Shown in pieces: positions 29,288 to 39,377 of a stretch of 64,000 bases of DNA. Under the pieces are notes generated by a model, which saw nothing but the letters and a program-made list of their open reading frames with translations, made no database searches and was not told the origin of the DNA. The stretch's first letter is position 1, and every line of letters begins with the position of its first letter. Position numbers and translations under genes: made by a program. The DNA is from Thermodesulfovibrionales bacterium (GTDB lineage: Bacteria; Nitrospirota; Thermodesulfovibrionia; Thermodesulfovibrionales; SM23-35): NCBI GenBank assembly GCA_963715195.1, contig CAVQRT010000008.1:1-64000 (forward strand). The letters run 5' to 3'.

Positions 29288-30274
29288 TTACCGTACTGCG
29301 AGCATCCTGTCCAGCGCATTTTTTGCAGGGATTCGGATTTCTTCAGGAATTTGAATGAGATGGGTATTTTCCCGGAGTGCCCTGAGCACGCTTCCGAGGG
29401 TAGTTTTTTTCATGTTCGGACAGATCATGTCTTTTCGTAACGGAAAGAAAAATTTATCCGGATTCTCTTTTCTCAACCGGTATAAAAGCCCAATCTCGGT
29501 GCCGACGATAAACTCCTGTGCGGATGATGCCTTTGCAAATCTGAGCATTCCGGAGGTGCTCGTTACCTGATCGGCAATCTCGAGCACTTCGAGCCTGCAT
29601 TCGGGATGGGCCATAACCAGAGCCTTGGGGTGCTCACGTCTTGCTCTGAGAACGTCCTCCGGTGTTACCCGCTCGTGGACATGGCAAAAACCGTCCCATG
29701 CTATGACCTTTTTTTTTGTATTCCTCTGAGCCCAGGCGGAGAGGTTTCTGTCGGGAACCGATATCACTATCTCATCCCGAAGGGACTCAATGACCTGAAC
29801 GATATTCGCCGATGTACAGCAGATGTCGCTTTCTGCCTTTACATCGGCAGTAGTGTTGACATACGCAACGACAGGGATTCCGGGGTACTGATCTTTTATT
29901 GCCCTCAGGGTGAATTCTTTCGGATAAACGAACGGCGGTGGATTCCGGAACCCCGGGAACCTCATCCTTCCGCATCTGGGGGAATCAACATGGATCATGT
30001 CGGCCATGGGGCATCCGGCACCGGCCTCGGTAAGAAGAACGGTCTTGTCAGGACAGAGGATGGAAGCGCTTTCCGCCATGAAATTCACCCCTGCAAACAC
30101 AATCACATCACAGTCTATGGTCGAGGCGGTCCTCGAGAGCTCAAGGGAATCGCCGGTAAAGTCCGCTATCTCCTGCACCTCATCCCTCTGGTAATTGTGC
30201 GAGAGGATGATTGCGCGTCTCTCCTGTTTCAGTTTCAGAATCTTTTCCCTGAGCGAGGGCGGTGCTGCCTGCAT
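29288..30274 (-). CDS. nadA: Quinolinate synthase A
   Basis: HNYQ, GDSLEL, FMAE, GCPMA, YVNT, CCTSAN, CHVH, HPEC, GTE, CPNMK. Confidence 0.96.
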   Translation of the reverse strand: MQAAPPSLREKILKLKQERRAIILSHNYQRDEVQEIADFTGDSLELSRTASTIDCDVIVFAGVNFMAESASILCPDKTVLLTEAGAGCPMADMIHVDSPRCGRMRFPGFRNPPPFVYPKEFTLRAIKDQYPGIPVVAYVNTTADVKAESDICCTSANIVQVIESLRDEIVISVPDRNLSAWAQRNTKKKVIAWDGFCHVHERVTPEDVLRARREHPKALVMAHPECRLEVLEIADQVTSTSGMLRFAKASSAQEFIVGTEIGLLYRLRKENPDKFFFPLRKDMICPNMKKTTLGSVLRALRENTHLIQIPEEIRIPAKNALDRMLAVR

Positions 30275-30997
30275 CTAAAACCTGGCGGTATTTTTCGAAA
30301 GCAGCGAGGAATTGGTGAAAAGCATCGAGCCATCAGCCTGAGGCACTTTGTAAATAGGCTCGTATTGTTTCCTGCTTTTTGCCGGTACACTGGAGAGAGC
30401 AGGGAAAACTTTCTTGCCTTGATAGAGGGAGAGCACTTTTTTGACATAGTGCTTTGTTTCGATAATCGGCGGGACATAACCGAATTTTTCGACGGTTGCC
30501 GGGCCTGCGTTGTATGCAGCCAGGGCAAGGGTGAGATCCCCGTTGAACCGCTCGAGAAGATGTCTTAAGTATTTTGTTCCACCCTCGATGTTTTCTTCCG
30601 GATCGTAGGGATTCCGCACATTCATGTCCATCGCGGTGGCAGGCATGAGCTGCATGAGACCCATTGCCCCTTTCCGCGAAACCGCTGTCCTGTCCCAGTT
30701 GGATTCGGTTGTTATGACTGCCTTTATCAGTGAGGGATCAAGGTCATACATCGAGGCTTTTTCATGAATGATCTGATGGTATTCAGCTCCACGGGAACCG
30801 GTTGCGGAATGGTTTCGGGAAGACTGATGCTCGGAAGCTTTATCATCTGCATCTTGATAAATTCTGTCAGCTTTCTTGCCTGCGGGGGTGTCCGTGTAAC
30901 AGATGACACCAAGATCGTCAACATATTTAAAAATATCGGCAGATACCGGTGCGGCAATAAGCAGGAACATCACAAAGAATAACCCAAACCATTTCAT
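30275..30997 (-). CDS. Lytic transglycosylase (DUF4124 + SLT domain)
   Basis: Signal peptide, IFKYVD..G...YTD, ES, GAMGLMQLMP, AAYNAG, ETKHYV. Confidence 0.92.
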   Translation of the reverse strand: MKWFGLFFVMFLLIAAPVSADIFKYVDDLGVICYTDTPAGKKADRIYQDADDKASEHQSSRNHSATGSRGAEYHQIIHEKASMYDLDPSLIKAVITTESNWDRTAVSRKGAMGLMQLMPATAMDMNVRNPYDPEENIEGGTKYLRHLLERFNGDLTLALAAYNAGPATVEKFGYVPPIIETKHYVKKVLSLYQGKKVFPALSSVPAKSRKQYEPIYKVPQADGSMLFTNSSLLSKNTARF

Positions 30998-31003
30998 AAG
31001 TAA

Positions 31004-31032
31004 ATTGTATGCATTCCATCAAGGTCTGTCAA
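31004..31032 (-). promoter_or_regulatory. Sigma70 promoter, leaderless, of the lytic transglycosylase-nadA operon
   Basis: TTGACA-17 bp-TACAAT, 6 nt before the ATG at 30997. Confidence 0.7.
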
Positions 31033-31055
31033 TATTCACGGTTTTTCTGCCTGCA

Positions 31056-32351
31056 TCAGGCTGCCTGCGACAGCCCCTTCATAATTCCGTTCGGCGTTGA
31101 CGCGATTTTTCTCACAGGAATCCCGAGGGCTCCCTCGATATCACGGAGGGTGATATTATCCAGGAATCTGTCCTCTCCATCAAGCACAACGTCGGGAACG
31201 AGCAGCATTTCGTGGCCGTCGGTCCTGTCAAGGGCTGCTTTTATCACATCCCTTCCGGTGAGCAGACCTGCAACCGTGATTGAAGTGCCGAAAAATCTGT
31301 TTTCGACCTGCAGGAGGTCGATGCGTATACGTTCTCTTTCCGAGAGTCTTTCAGCAAACTTTTCCAGAAAAGGATAGAATGCTGTGCCGGTAAAGGTGAG
31401 ATATTTCTTCCTGCGTTGCAGGGTTTCAGGAATTCTGAGTTTTTTTGCCTGGCTGAGGAACAGGGGGACCATTCCGACTCCATTCTCAATCTGATGGAGT
31501 TCACCGTATTCCCTGAGGGGAGGAAAGGGCTTCTCCGCCTTAAGGTAGAGTTCATCCGCGCCATATATGATCGGATTGCCATGACGTTTCACGTATCGTT
31601 TCTGAAACGATTCTATCATGTTCAGTGCTTTGAGAGCATCTTCCTTCTCTACCGGGTTCAAGTTCTGTTTCCTGTGCATGGTCAGGCCAACCGGAACGAC
31701 AGCGACAGACAGCAGATAGGGATAAAACCGGTATAGATCGCTGAGCGTTTGCCGGAGCTCCCTGCCGTCATTCAGCCCCGGACAGAGAACAATCTGAACA
31801 TTGAACCGTATCTTATGATCACTGAGAAACTGGAGTTCCTTCATGATGTCAGGAGCCTTTGGATTTCCGAGCAAGCGGTTCCGTACCGCTCTGTTTGTCG
31901 AATGCACCGAGATAAAGAGCGGAGTCAGTCTCTGCTCGACAATGCGTTTTTTATCCTCTCTGCTGAGATTGGAGAGCGTGATATAGTTTCCATACAGGAA
32001 AGACATCCGGTAGTCTTCGTCTTTCACATACAACGTTTTCCTGAGGCCCTGCGGAAGTTGTTTGACAAAACAGAAAATGCAGTTATTCTTGCATGTCATA
32101 ATCCTGAATGGTTTGAAAACTATGCCGAGGACTGCCCCCTCGATTTTTTTGATACACAGGTTCGCCATTCTGCTGCCTCTCTTGAAATCGATATGGAGAT
32201 CTTCGTCCGTGCTGTAGTAGATGAAATCGATCGGGTCCTTCAGCCTGTGTGCGTTCACCGAGAGCAGGGTATCTCCCGGACGGAGGCCCGCCTTGTCGGC
32301 GAGGCTGCCCGGTTGGACGGTATCTATCTGGAGACCGCACTCAGCCAGCAT
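31056..32351 (-). CDS. PDZ + radical SAM-like DUF512 protein
   Basis: N-terminal PDZ-like segment, CKNNCIFC (CxxxCxxC), KDEDYRMSFLYGNYITL, QIENGVG, TVAGLLTG. Confidence 0.9.
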   Translation of the reverse strand: MLAECGLQIDTVQPGSLADKAGLRPGDTLLSVNAHRLKDPIDFIYYSTDEDLHIDFKRGSRMANLCIKKIEGAVLGIVFKPFRIMTCKNNCIFCFVKQLPQGLRKTLYVKDEDYRMSFLYGNYITLSNLSREDKKRIVEQRLTPLFISVHSTNRAVRNRLLGNPKAPDIMKELQFLSDHKIRFNVQIVLCPGLNDGRELRQTLSDLYRFYPYLLSVAVVPVGLTMHRKQNLNPVEKEDALKALNMIESFQKRYVKRHGNPIIYGADELYLKAEKPFPPLREYGELHQIENGVGMVPLFLSQAKKLRIPETLQRRKKYLTFTGTAFYPFLEKFAERLSERERIRIDLLQVENRFFGTSITVAGLLTGRDVIKAALDRTDGHEMLLVPDVVLDGEDRFLDNITLRDIEGALGIPVRKIASTPNGIMKGLSQAA

Positions 32352-32880
32352 GCGTAATCCTTAATCCCTGGTACATGTAATGCGTTGCCGAGAGAATGCT
32401 GACTCCGGCGGTTATGATAAAAAAGACAGGTGAGATGTCCGGAAGGCCGGGGAGATTGATTGTAATCAGGATGTAGGCAATCAGAAGACTTTCAAGCCAT
32501 ATCGTCGCTTTCCCGAGCAGTGATGGTTCAACGCGCAGGTTGCCGGTAATGAAATGGAGGACAAACCAGCCGGTAACAACGATGATATCCCTGCTGATAA
32601 CCGTTATGGCAAGCCATTTCGGTATCCAGCCATAGACTGAAAATATGACAAAGGAGGTAACGAGGAGAAACTTATCGGCCAACGGGTCGAGAAAAGTACC
32701 GAGCGGGGTTTTCTGGTTTTTCATACGCGCGAAAAGACCGTCGAATACGTCGGTAAGTGCTGCGACTATAAACAGGCACAGCGCATAATCGTAGCGGCTG
32801 TATATGATTGAAGTAATAAATACAGGGATAAGAGCGATCCTGGCGATTGTCAATGTATTGGGAATATTCAATACCTTCAC
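32341..32880 (-). CDS. pgsA: CDP-alcohol phosphatidyltransferase (PgsA-like)
   Basis: NIPNTLT, TDVFDGLFAR...GTFLDPLADK. Confidence 0.88.
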   Translation of the reverse strand: MKVLNIPNTLTIARIALIPVFITSIIYSRYDYALCLFIVAALTDVFDGLFARMKNQKTPLGTFLDPLADKFLLVTSFVIFSVYGWIPKWLAITVISRDIIVVTGWFVLHFITGNLRVEPSLLGKATIWLESLLIAYILITINLPGLPDISPVFFIITAGVSILSATHYMYQGLRITHAG

Positions 32881-32928
32881 AGTTACTCCCCCCTTAAAGG
32901 CGTTTTCCCTGAAGCATTGTATACTTCT

Positions 32929-34074
32929 TCAGGGAATATTAAGCGGCAGGGAATGAAATCGAAGGTTCAGTCCAAGCCGGCGATAACATGACTCCTGCAA
33001 TAGTCCTTTTTTTCGTCTTCCCCCGATTCCCTGTTCTGTATGGGAACATATGACAGAACTCTCTCTGTTGATTATTTCATTCAATGTTTGTGCGTGACAT
33101 TCTTCCACGCCGAAGCGGAGCGTTGCCAGTGCCTTTCGAGCAGACGCAAGATGCTTTTTTGCGCGGGTTGCATCACCAGTCAGGAATGCGATTTCCCCCA
33201 ATCCAAGCAAGCAGTAAAGTATTCCTCTCGGATCTTTTGTCTCTCTGAAGAATTGCATTGCCTTCATCATATGATTGCGGGCTCTCTGATAGAAGCCGGT
33301 CATTTTATATGCAGTGCCTATGCCCCAGAGGGTATAGGCGTAGCTGACTTTATCTCCGATGATCCGGTAAAGCCTGGAAGCATTTGCAAATGAGGAGAAA
33401 GCGTTTTTGTAATCCCCGAGCATCCTGTATGCATTTGCGATACCGCAGAAAGAGTACGCCTTGCCGAATGTATCGTGCGTGTCCGAGAATAGTCTGTTCG
33501 CGGCGACATAGTATTTCAGGGAAGCTCTGATATGGCCTGCAATCCGCGAGGCACCGCCGAGCCCGCAGAGGGCGTAGCCGATGCCCTGGTGATCTTTCAG
33601 AGCATGAAAGAGCCTGTGGGATTCCCTGAAAGTCTTGATGGCGCCGGGTATGTCCCCTTTGATTCTCAGGGTGCCTGCCTCTGCCCAGAGAGCAAACGCC
33701 AGCCCCTGCGTGTCGTGATTCGTCATGTACCTTTTTTTTGATCTGAGAATGAGCTGAATCGCTTTCTGCCACTTTCCCTGTGCCCGGAAAGAGAGAGCCA
33801 GCCCGATGCCGGCATCCGCAGCCTTATCCGGTGAATGGATTTGCCGGGCAAGCTGTACAGCCTCCGTATACATCCTTACAGCGTCTTTAAAACGGCCTGT
33901 CATCCTGTAGACGTCACCAAGTGAGCGTATGCAATAATATGTCCCCTCGTGATCCCCAGCCCTCCTGCAGCCCAGTGAAGCTTTTCTGAATAGTCTGATG
34001 GATTGCTGATAGCGGGCACGCTCCCTCAGAATTTCGGCCTCCGAAATAATACTGTCAATTTCCGGTGATTTCAC
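32929..34074 (-). CDS. Tetratricopeptide repeat protein
   Basis: About 40-aa repeats (D..G.AY.LCGLG) of MalT-like TPR type. Confidence 0.85.
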   Translation of the reverse strand: MKSPEIDSIISEAEILRERARYQQSIRLFRKASLGCRRAGDHEGTYYCIRSLGDVYRMTGRFKDAVRMYTEAVQLARQIHSPDKAADAGIGLALSFRAQGKWQKAIQLILRSKKRYMTNHDTQGLAFALWAEAGTLRIKGDIPGAIKTFRESHRLFHALKDHQGIGYALCGLGGASRIAGHIRASLKYYVAANRLFSDTHDTFGKAYSFCGIANAYRMLGDYKNAFSSFANASRLYRIIGDKVSYAYTLWGIGTAYKMTGFYQRARNHMMKAMQFFRETKDPRGILYCLLGLGEIAFLTGDATRAKKHLASARKALATLRFGVEECHAQTLNEIINRESSVICSHTEQGIGGRRKKGLLQESCYRRLGLNLRFHSLPLNIP

Positions 34075-34711
34075 GAAATGTTCTCACTACCGTTGTATAG
34101 TCTTCAGCATTGAAAAAAGCAGAGCCCATGACAAGGATATCGGCTCCGGCAGCGACGATGTCGGAAATGTTGCCGGGTTTGACACCCCCGTCAATTTCTA
34201 TCAATGGCGTAACACCCTTATCACGTATCATCGTTTTTAGTGTTTTTATCTTGTCAAGAACCTGGGGAATGAACTCCTGTCCGCCGAACCCCGGATTCAC
34301 AGACATGAGTAAAACGAGGTCGATGTCCGGCAGGATATCTTTGAGGCTCCCAACCGGTGTCGCCGGATTCAGTGATACCCCTGCCTTTACCCCGTTTTCC
34401 TTTATCTGCTGGACGGTCCTGTGCAGGTGTGTGGAAGCCTCATAGTGTACCGTCAGATAATCAGCCCCGGCCTTGATAAAATCCTTCAGATAGGTATCCG
34501 GTTTCTCGATCATCAGATGGACATCGAGAGGAAGCGTGGTAATGGTGCGAACTGCTTCCACGATTGCAGGGCCGATCGTGATATTAGGAACAAAATGGCC
34601 GTCCATGATATCGATATGGAGCATGTCAGCTCCCGCATTCTCGGCTGCCTTGATTTCTTCTCCGAGGGATAAAAAGTTTGCCGAGAGTATTGAAGGTGCT
34701 ATTTTGACCAT
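34055..34711 (-). CDS. rpe: Ribulose-phosphate 3-epimerase
   Basis: IAPSILSA, HIDIMDGHFVPN, DVHLM, MSVNPGFGGQ, IDGG. Confidence 0.97.
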   Translation of the reverse strand: MVKIAPSILSANFLSLGEEIKAAENAGADMLHIDIMDGHFVPNITIGPAIVEAVRTITTLPLDVHLMIEKPDTYLKDFIKAGADYLTVHYEASTHLHRTVQQIKENGVKAGVSLNPATPVGSLKDILPDIDLVLLMSVNPGFGGQEFIPQVLDKIKTLKTMIRDKGVTPLIEIDGGVKPGNISDIVAAGADILVMGSAFFNAEDYTTVVRTFREITGN

Positions 34712-34757
34712 GCCAGCTCCAGGAATGATAGATTTGAGGATATATAATAAAATGAAT

Positions 34758-35450
34758 TCAGAACAGCTGCAAGTAAATTATATCCCCGGTCTTAATCTGT
34801 TTGCCGGGCTCCGGTTTCTGTGATAGTACCGTTTGCCCGGCGCCTTCTGTTATCCCTTTCAGATCCATCTGTTTTAAAAGTTCTGCCGCCTGTTTAAGGG
34901 ACATGCCCTGAAAGTCGGGACAGTAATAATTTTTTTCATAGGGGCCGAGACTGACAAGTACGGTTATCGCATCACTCAGCTGGTCGTCGGGCCCTGGTTT
35001 CTGAGAGAGAATCCTGTTCTTTTCAATAGTAGCTGAATGAACCGGAATGACCTTGGCAATCATCAATCCTTTCTGGAGCAATAAGGCTTCCGCATCGCCG
35101 AGCGTTTGATTGACGAGCATGGGGACTGACTTCACCCGTGGTCCTTTGCTGACGATGACTTTTATCACCCTCCGTTCTTTCACCTTGCTCCCGGCAGGTA
35201 TATCCTGTCTGATGATATTTCCAGAGGGAATAAGGGCATCATAATTTTCCCCCCCGAGCTTGAGGGAGAGGCTTTTAGGTGTCAGGATTTTACCGGCTTC
35301 CGGAAGACTTCTGCCATAGAGATCCGGAACCTCAACAGTCCTGCTGAAACTTAGAACCTTGAACGTAAGATATCCGAAGAGTAGACCGAGCATGGTGAAG
35401 GCGAGAACGTACAGCGGAAACCGTGCGAATGCCCTGAATTCCCTATTCAC
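34758..35450 (-). CDS. PASTA domain-containing membrane protein
   Basis: TM helix then three PASTA repeats (VPDLYG, VPMLVN, CPDFQG). GTG start at 35450 after GAGGA. Confidence 0.88.
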   Translation of the reverse strand: MNREFRAFARFPLYVLAFTMLGLLFGYLTFKVLSFSRTVEVPDLYGRSLPEAGKILTPKSLSLKLGGENYDALIPSGNIIRQDIPAGSKVKERRVIKVIVSKGPRVKSVPMLVNQTLGDAEALLLQKGLMIAKVIPVHSATIEKNRILSQKPGPDDQLSDAITVLVSLGPYEKNYYCPDFQGMSLKQAAELLKQMDLKGITEGAGQTVLSQKPEPGKQIKTGDIIYLQLF

Positions 35451-35499
35451 GGAATCCTCATGAATGCAGGTTGCTGGAGGTGAAGCGCATCGGTCTCTG

Positions 35500-36027
35500 T
35501 CATGAGCTTTGTCCAAAAGATAGTATTGCCTCTTTCACTTTTGATAAATCTACACTCGTATTCAGGCACGGGCCGAAAGGACGCTGGTTGGTAATGCCGA
35601 GTATCGGGAGCGGATAGGTGTCTGCAATTCCGCTGCTCAGATCATTTTCACAAGCCACTGCGATGACGGCGTCCGGCTTCGTTTCCCGGATAACCCTCCG
35701 CGCGAGTGAACCACCGGTAGCAACAAACAGGTTCAGGTGGTTTTCCTCGGCAAGAGCGATCAGGTCTTTGATTTCACATCTTCCGCATCTTTTACAGTTG
35801 TAAACATTATATGTCAACCTGACATCGCATTCATCGATCTGAAGACAGTGCGGCAGGAGGAGGATGATATTTGTGAGCCTGCGTTTTTCTTTCCTGACCA
35901 GTTTATTGTTGAGCCGGATAATGAATTGCTGGTATGCCTCCTTTTTATTTTTCGCAAAAGATCCTGCAAACATGAGAAGCGGATAGAGGACTTTGAGGAC
36001 AAGGCCCCTTTTCCACTTACGGCTCAT
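35500..36027 (-). CDS. DUF116 domain protein
   Basis: LLPHCLQ, CKRCGRC, VATGGSLA, AVACENDL, GPCLNT; follows fmt. Confidence 0.88.
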   Translation of the reverse strand: MSRKWKRGLVLKVLYPLLMFAGSFAKNKKEAYQQFIIRLNNKLVRKEKRRLTNIILLLPHCLQIDECDVRLTYNVYNCKRCGRCEIKDLIALAEENHLNLFVATGGSLARRVIRETKPDAVIAVACENDLSSGIADTYPLPILGITNQRPFGPCLNTSVDLSKVKEAILSFGQSS

Positions 36028-36940
36028 CGAAAAAAGTGCCTTCCTGCAGGCGCCTTCCGCTGAGAAATTCTTTTGCACTCATCAGACGCTTCCCTTCAGG
36101 TTGCAGTGCGAGAATGCTCAGAAGCCCTTCACCGGTGCCCACCATGAGTTCATCACCTGTTTTTTCGATTTTCCCGGGGATCCCGTATCCCGCAGTTGCC
36201 CTCACTTTGGTGATTTTAATCCTTTCATGGTTCAAATAACAATAAGCGCATGGCCATGGATGCATGCCGCGGACCATGTTTGATAGTTCGACCGCAGTTT
36301 TTGACCAGGGAATGAGTCCGTCCGCCTTTTTCAGGGGAGGTGCATAGGTTGGAGTGCCCGCCTGCGGCATGCGCTTCAGCGAACCTTCTTTGATCCCTCT
36401 CAGTGTTCTCAGCAACAGAGAAGCTCCGAGCTCTGCCAGCCTTCTGCCGAGGGTCTCCGCAGTGTCTTCCTCCTGTATGGTGGTTTCCTCCTGCAGCAGT
36501 ATGTCGCCTGTATCCAATCCTTCATCCATATGCATGACGGTGATGCCGGTTCTTTGCTCGCCATTGATTATAGCCCACTGAACCGGTGCTGCTCCCCGGT
36601 ATTTCGGCAGCAATGATGCATGCACATTGATGCAGCCCCGCGGGGGGAGGTTCAGTACCGTGGGAGGCAGAATTTTCCCGTATGCAACAACAATAATGAT
36701 TTCAGGATTCATAGCCGATAATTTTTCGAGAAACGGTGAGTCTCTTAGTGTTGAAGGCTGTAGAACCTTGCAGTTATTCCGCAATGCAAGCTCCTTGATC
36801 GGGGGTGCAGCAGGAAGGCGGTCTCTCCCTTTTCGTTTGTCGGGTTGTGTTATGACTGTAATGACTTCTTCTTCAGATTGAAAAAGAGCAGTCAATGTCG
36901 GGACGGCAAAAGCAGGAGTGCCGAAAAAAACTACGCGCAT
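36017..36940 (-). CDS. fmt: Methionyl-tRNA formyltransferase
   Basis: FFGTPAFA, VVAYGKIL, NVHASLLPKYRGAAP, GLDTGD. Confidence 0.97.
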   Translation of the reverse strand: MRVVFFGTPAFAVPTLTALFQSEEEVITVITQPDKRKGRDRLPAAPPIKELALRNNCKVLQPSTLRDSPFLEKLSAMNPEIIIVVAYGKILPPTVLNLPPRGCINVHASLLPKYRGAAPVQWAIINGEQRTGITVMHMDEGLDTGDILLQEETTIQEEDTAETLGRRLAELGASLLLRTLRGIKEGSLKRMPQAGTPTYAPPLKKADGLIPWSKTAVELSNMVRGMHPWPCAYCYLNHERIKITKVRATAGYGIPGKIEKTGDELMVGTGEGLLSILALQPEGKRLMSAKEFLSGRRLQEGTFFDEP

Positions 36941-36976
36941 TGAAAAAAAATCATCACTCCCTGACCATTTTTATAC

Positions 36977-37492
36977 CTATTTGCCCTTCACTTCTTTCAG
37001 CTGCTTCTTATAGCGCCTCTTAAAGAATTCTCTCTTTATGGGGCTCATCCTGTCGATGAAGAGGAGTCCGTCGAGATGATCTAATTCATGCTGTATCGCC
37101 CTGGCGAGGAGCCCTTCGGCTTCTATGCCAACATCCTTACCTTCTCTGTTGACTCCCCTGACGTAAACCTTCTCTGCCCGTTTGATTGAAGTCAGATATC
37201 CCGGGACGCTCAGGCATCCTTCATCGGCTTCGACAATACCTTCTCTCTCTACGATGACAGGATTAATGAGGACAATCAGGGGAGCTTTGTTCTCCCTCAG
37301 ACTAAGGTCAATGATACAGAGCTTTTGAGATATCCCTACCTGGTTTGCCGCAAGCCCGACGCCACAGACAGAACGCATAGTCTCTACCATATCATCGATG
37401 AGCATCTGGGTCTTCCCGTCTATAGTCAGGACCGGGGCTGTTTTTTGTTTGAGTATTTTTTCCGGATATTTGCGGATTTCAAGAACAGCCAT
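36977..37492 (-). CDS. def: Peptide deformylase
   Basis: GVGLAANQ, EGCLS, QHELDHLDG. Start MAVLEI at 37492. Confidence 0.97.
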   Translation of the reverse strand: MAVLEIRKYPEKILKQKTAPVLTIDGKTQMLIDDMVETMRSVCGVGLAANQVGISQKLCIIDLSLRENKAPLIVLINPVIVEREGIVEADEGCLSVPGYLTSIKRAEKVYVRGVNREGKDVGIEAEGLLARAIQHELDHLDGLLFIDRMSPIKREFFKRRYKKQLKEVKGK

Positions 37493-37608
37493 GCTCATAG
37501 TATAAACCATTTCTTCCTGTGAAGTCCGGCTGCACTGAATTTTCTTGACGGTTATGACACGCACAAGGTAGAATTTTATACTTTTAAATATACTCTGGAG
37601 GTTTCTGG

Positions 37609-39360
37609 ATCAGACCCGTCAATTTCGATTCGCACGAAGAGAGAGAGATCTACCGGCATAGCACTTCTCATGTAATGGCGCACGCCGTGAAGGCTCTGTT
37701 CCCCGATGCAAAACTTGCCATTGGTCCCGCAACAGAAGAAGGTTTCTATTATGATTTTGATGTTGACAGAACCTTTACGCCTGAAGATCTTGATCTGATA
37801 GAAAAAAAGATGTCCGAGATCATACAGCAGGATACCCCATTTGTGAAGAGAGTGGTTTCCCGGCAGGAGGCGATCACGTTTTTTCAGGAGCGGGGTGAAC
37901 TATACAAGGTTGAACTGCTGCTTGAGATACCCGACGATGAGGTATCACTGTATGAGGAAGATGGTTTTGTAGACCTGTGCAGGGGACCGCATTTAAAGAC
38001 TACCGGTCAGATAAGCGCCTTCAAGCTGTTAAGTGTTGCAGGTGCCTACTGGCGCGGTAATGAAAAGAACAAAATGCTACAGAGAATTTACGGGACTTCT
38101 TTCACTGACAGGAAATCCCTGAAGGATTACCTCAATTTCCTTGAAGAAGTAAGAAAAAGGGATCACCGGAAGCTCGGAAAAGATCTTGACCTGTTCAGCA
38201 CAAGCGATGAGATCGGGGCCGGGCTGATTGTCTGGCATCCGAATGGGGCATCGATCAGGAGGGCGATAGAGGATTTCTGGCTCAAGGAGCACTACAAGGC
38301 CGGATACAAAGTGTTGTATACGCCGCACATTGCCAAACTCAATCTATGGGCGACGAGCGGCCATCTCGATTTCTACCGGGAAAATATGTACTCGCCCATG
38401 GAAATTGAAGGCATTGATTACGAGATTAAGCCCATGAACTGCCCTTTTCACATCCATGTCTACAAACATGCGTTGCGGAGCTATAAGGAACTGCCGCTGC
38501 GGTTTGCTGAATTAGGGACTGTTTACCGGTATGAACGTTCGGGAGTTCTTCACGGCCTCCTGCGCGTAAGAGGATTTACACAGGATGATGCACACATATT
38601 CTGCAGGGATGACCAGATTGAGCAGGAGATTCTCACCGTGCTCGATTTTACCCTGTTCATTCTCAAGACGTTCGGATTTGACCGGTATGACATCTATCTT
38701 TCAACGAGACCTGAGAAATATGTCGGTACCCCAGAAAACTGGGAAAGGTCAACGAATGCCCTGAAGGAAGCCCTCCAAAGCAAAGGCCTTGCATTTGCAA
38801 TAGATCCCGGAGAAGGGGTTTTTTATGGTCCCAAGATAGATATTAAGGTCAAGGATTCACTGAACAGGCCATGGCAATGCAGTACAATTCAGGTTGATTT
38901 CAACAACCCTGAGCGTTTTGCCATGACCTACCGGGGAAGCGACGGGAAAGAGCACAGGCCGATCATGATACACAGGGCATTAATGGGATCCCTGGAACGT
39001 TTTTTCGGTATACTTATCGAACACTATGCAGGAGCTTTCCCCATGTGGCTTGCACCGGTGCAGGTAAAAATTCTTACGATTGCGGAGCGGCATGCCGATT
39101 ATGCAGTTAAATTTTTGGAAACACTGAAAAGAGAAGAGATACGCGCCGAACTGGATATCGAGAATGAGAAGATCGGCTACAAAATAAGAAATGCCACCCT
39201 TATGAAGGTGCCGTACTTGGTTATAATAGGCGACAGAGAAGTGTCTGAGAATATGGTTACGGTAAGGAAACGATCCGGTGAGAACATCGGCCCCTTTGCT
39301 GTACCCGAATTGATCAGGCTCTTACAGGAAATGATTACAAAGAAAACGCTGGTCATATAA
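37609..39360 (+). CDS. thrS: Threonine--tRNA ligase (no TGS domain; probable ATC start)
   Basis: HSTSH upstream of the first ATG, DLCRGPH, RDHRKLG, KPMNCP, RVRGFTQDDAH, FYGPKID, HRALMGS. GGAGG-7 nt-ATC at 37609. Confidence 0.95.
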   Translation: MRPVNFDSHEEREIYRHSTSHVMAHAVKALFPDAKLAIGPATEEGFYYDFDVDRTFTPEDLDLIEKKMSEIIQQDTPFVKRVVSRQEAITFFQERGELYKVELLLEIPDDEVSLYEEDGFVDLCRGPHLKTTGQISAFKLLSVAGAYWRGNEKNKMLQRIYGTSFTDRKSLKDYLNFLEEVRKRDHRKLGKDLDLFSTSDEIGAGLIVWHPNGASIRRAIEDFWLKEHYKAGYKVLYTPHIAKLNLWATSGHLDFYRENMYSPMEIEGIDYEIKPMNCPFHIHVYKHALRSYKELPLRFAELGTVYRYERSGVLHGLLRVRGFTQDDAHIFCRDDQIEQEILTVLDFTLFILKTFGFDRYDIYLSTRPEKYVGTPENWERSTNALKEALQSKGLAFAIDPGEGVFYGPKIDIKVKDSLNRPWQCSTIQVDFNNPERFAMTYRGSDGKEHRPIMIHRALMGSLERFFGILIEHYAGAFPMWLAPVQVKILTIAERHADYAVKFLETLKREEIRAELDIENEKIGYKIRNATLMKVPYLVIIGDREVSENMVTVRKRSGENIGPFAVPELIRLLQEMITKKTLVI

Positions 39361-39377
39361 AATCAGGAGGTGAGAAT

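Noticed and set aside
29606..30568. 320-aa plus-strand ORF
   Set aside because: Antisense shadow of nadA and the lytic transglycosylase.
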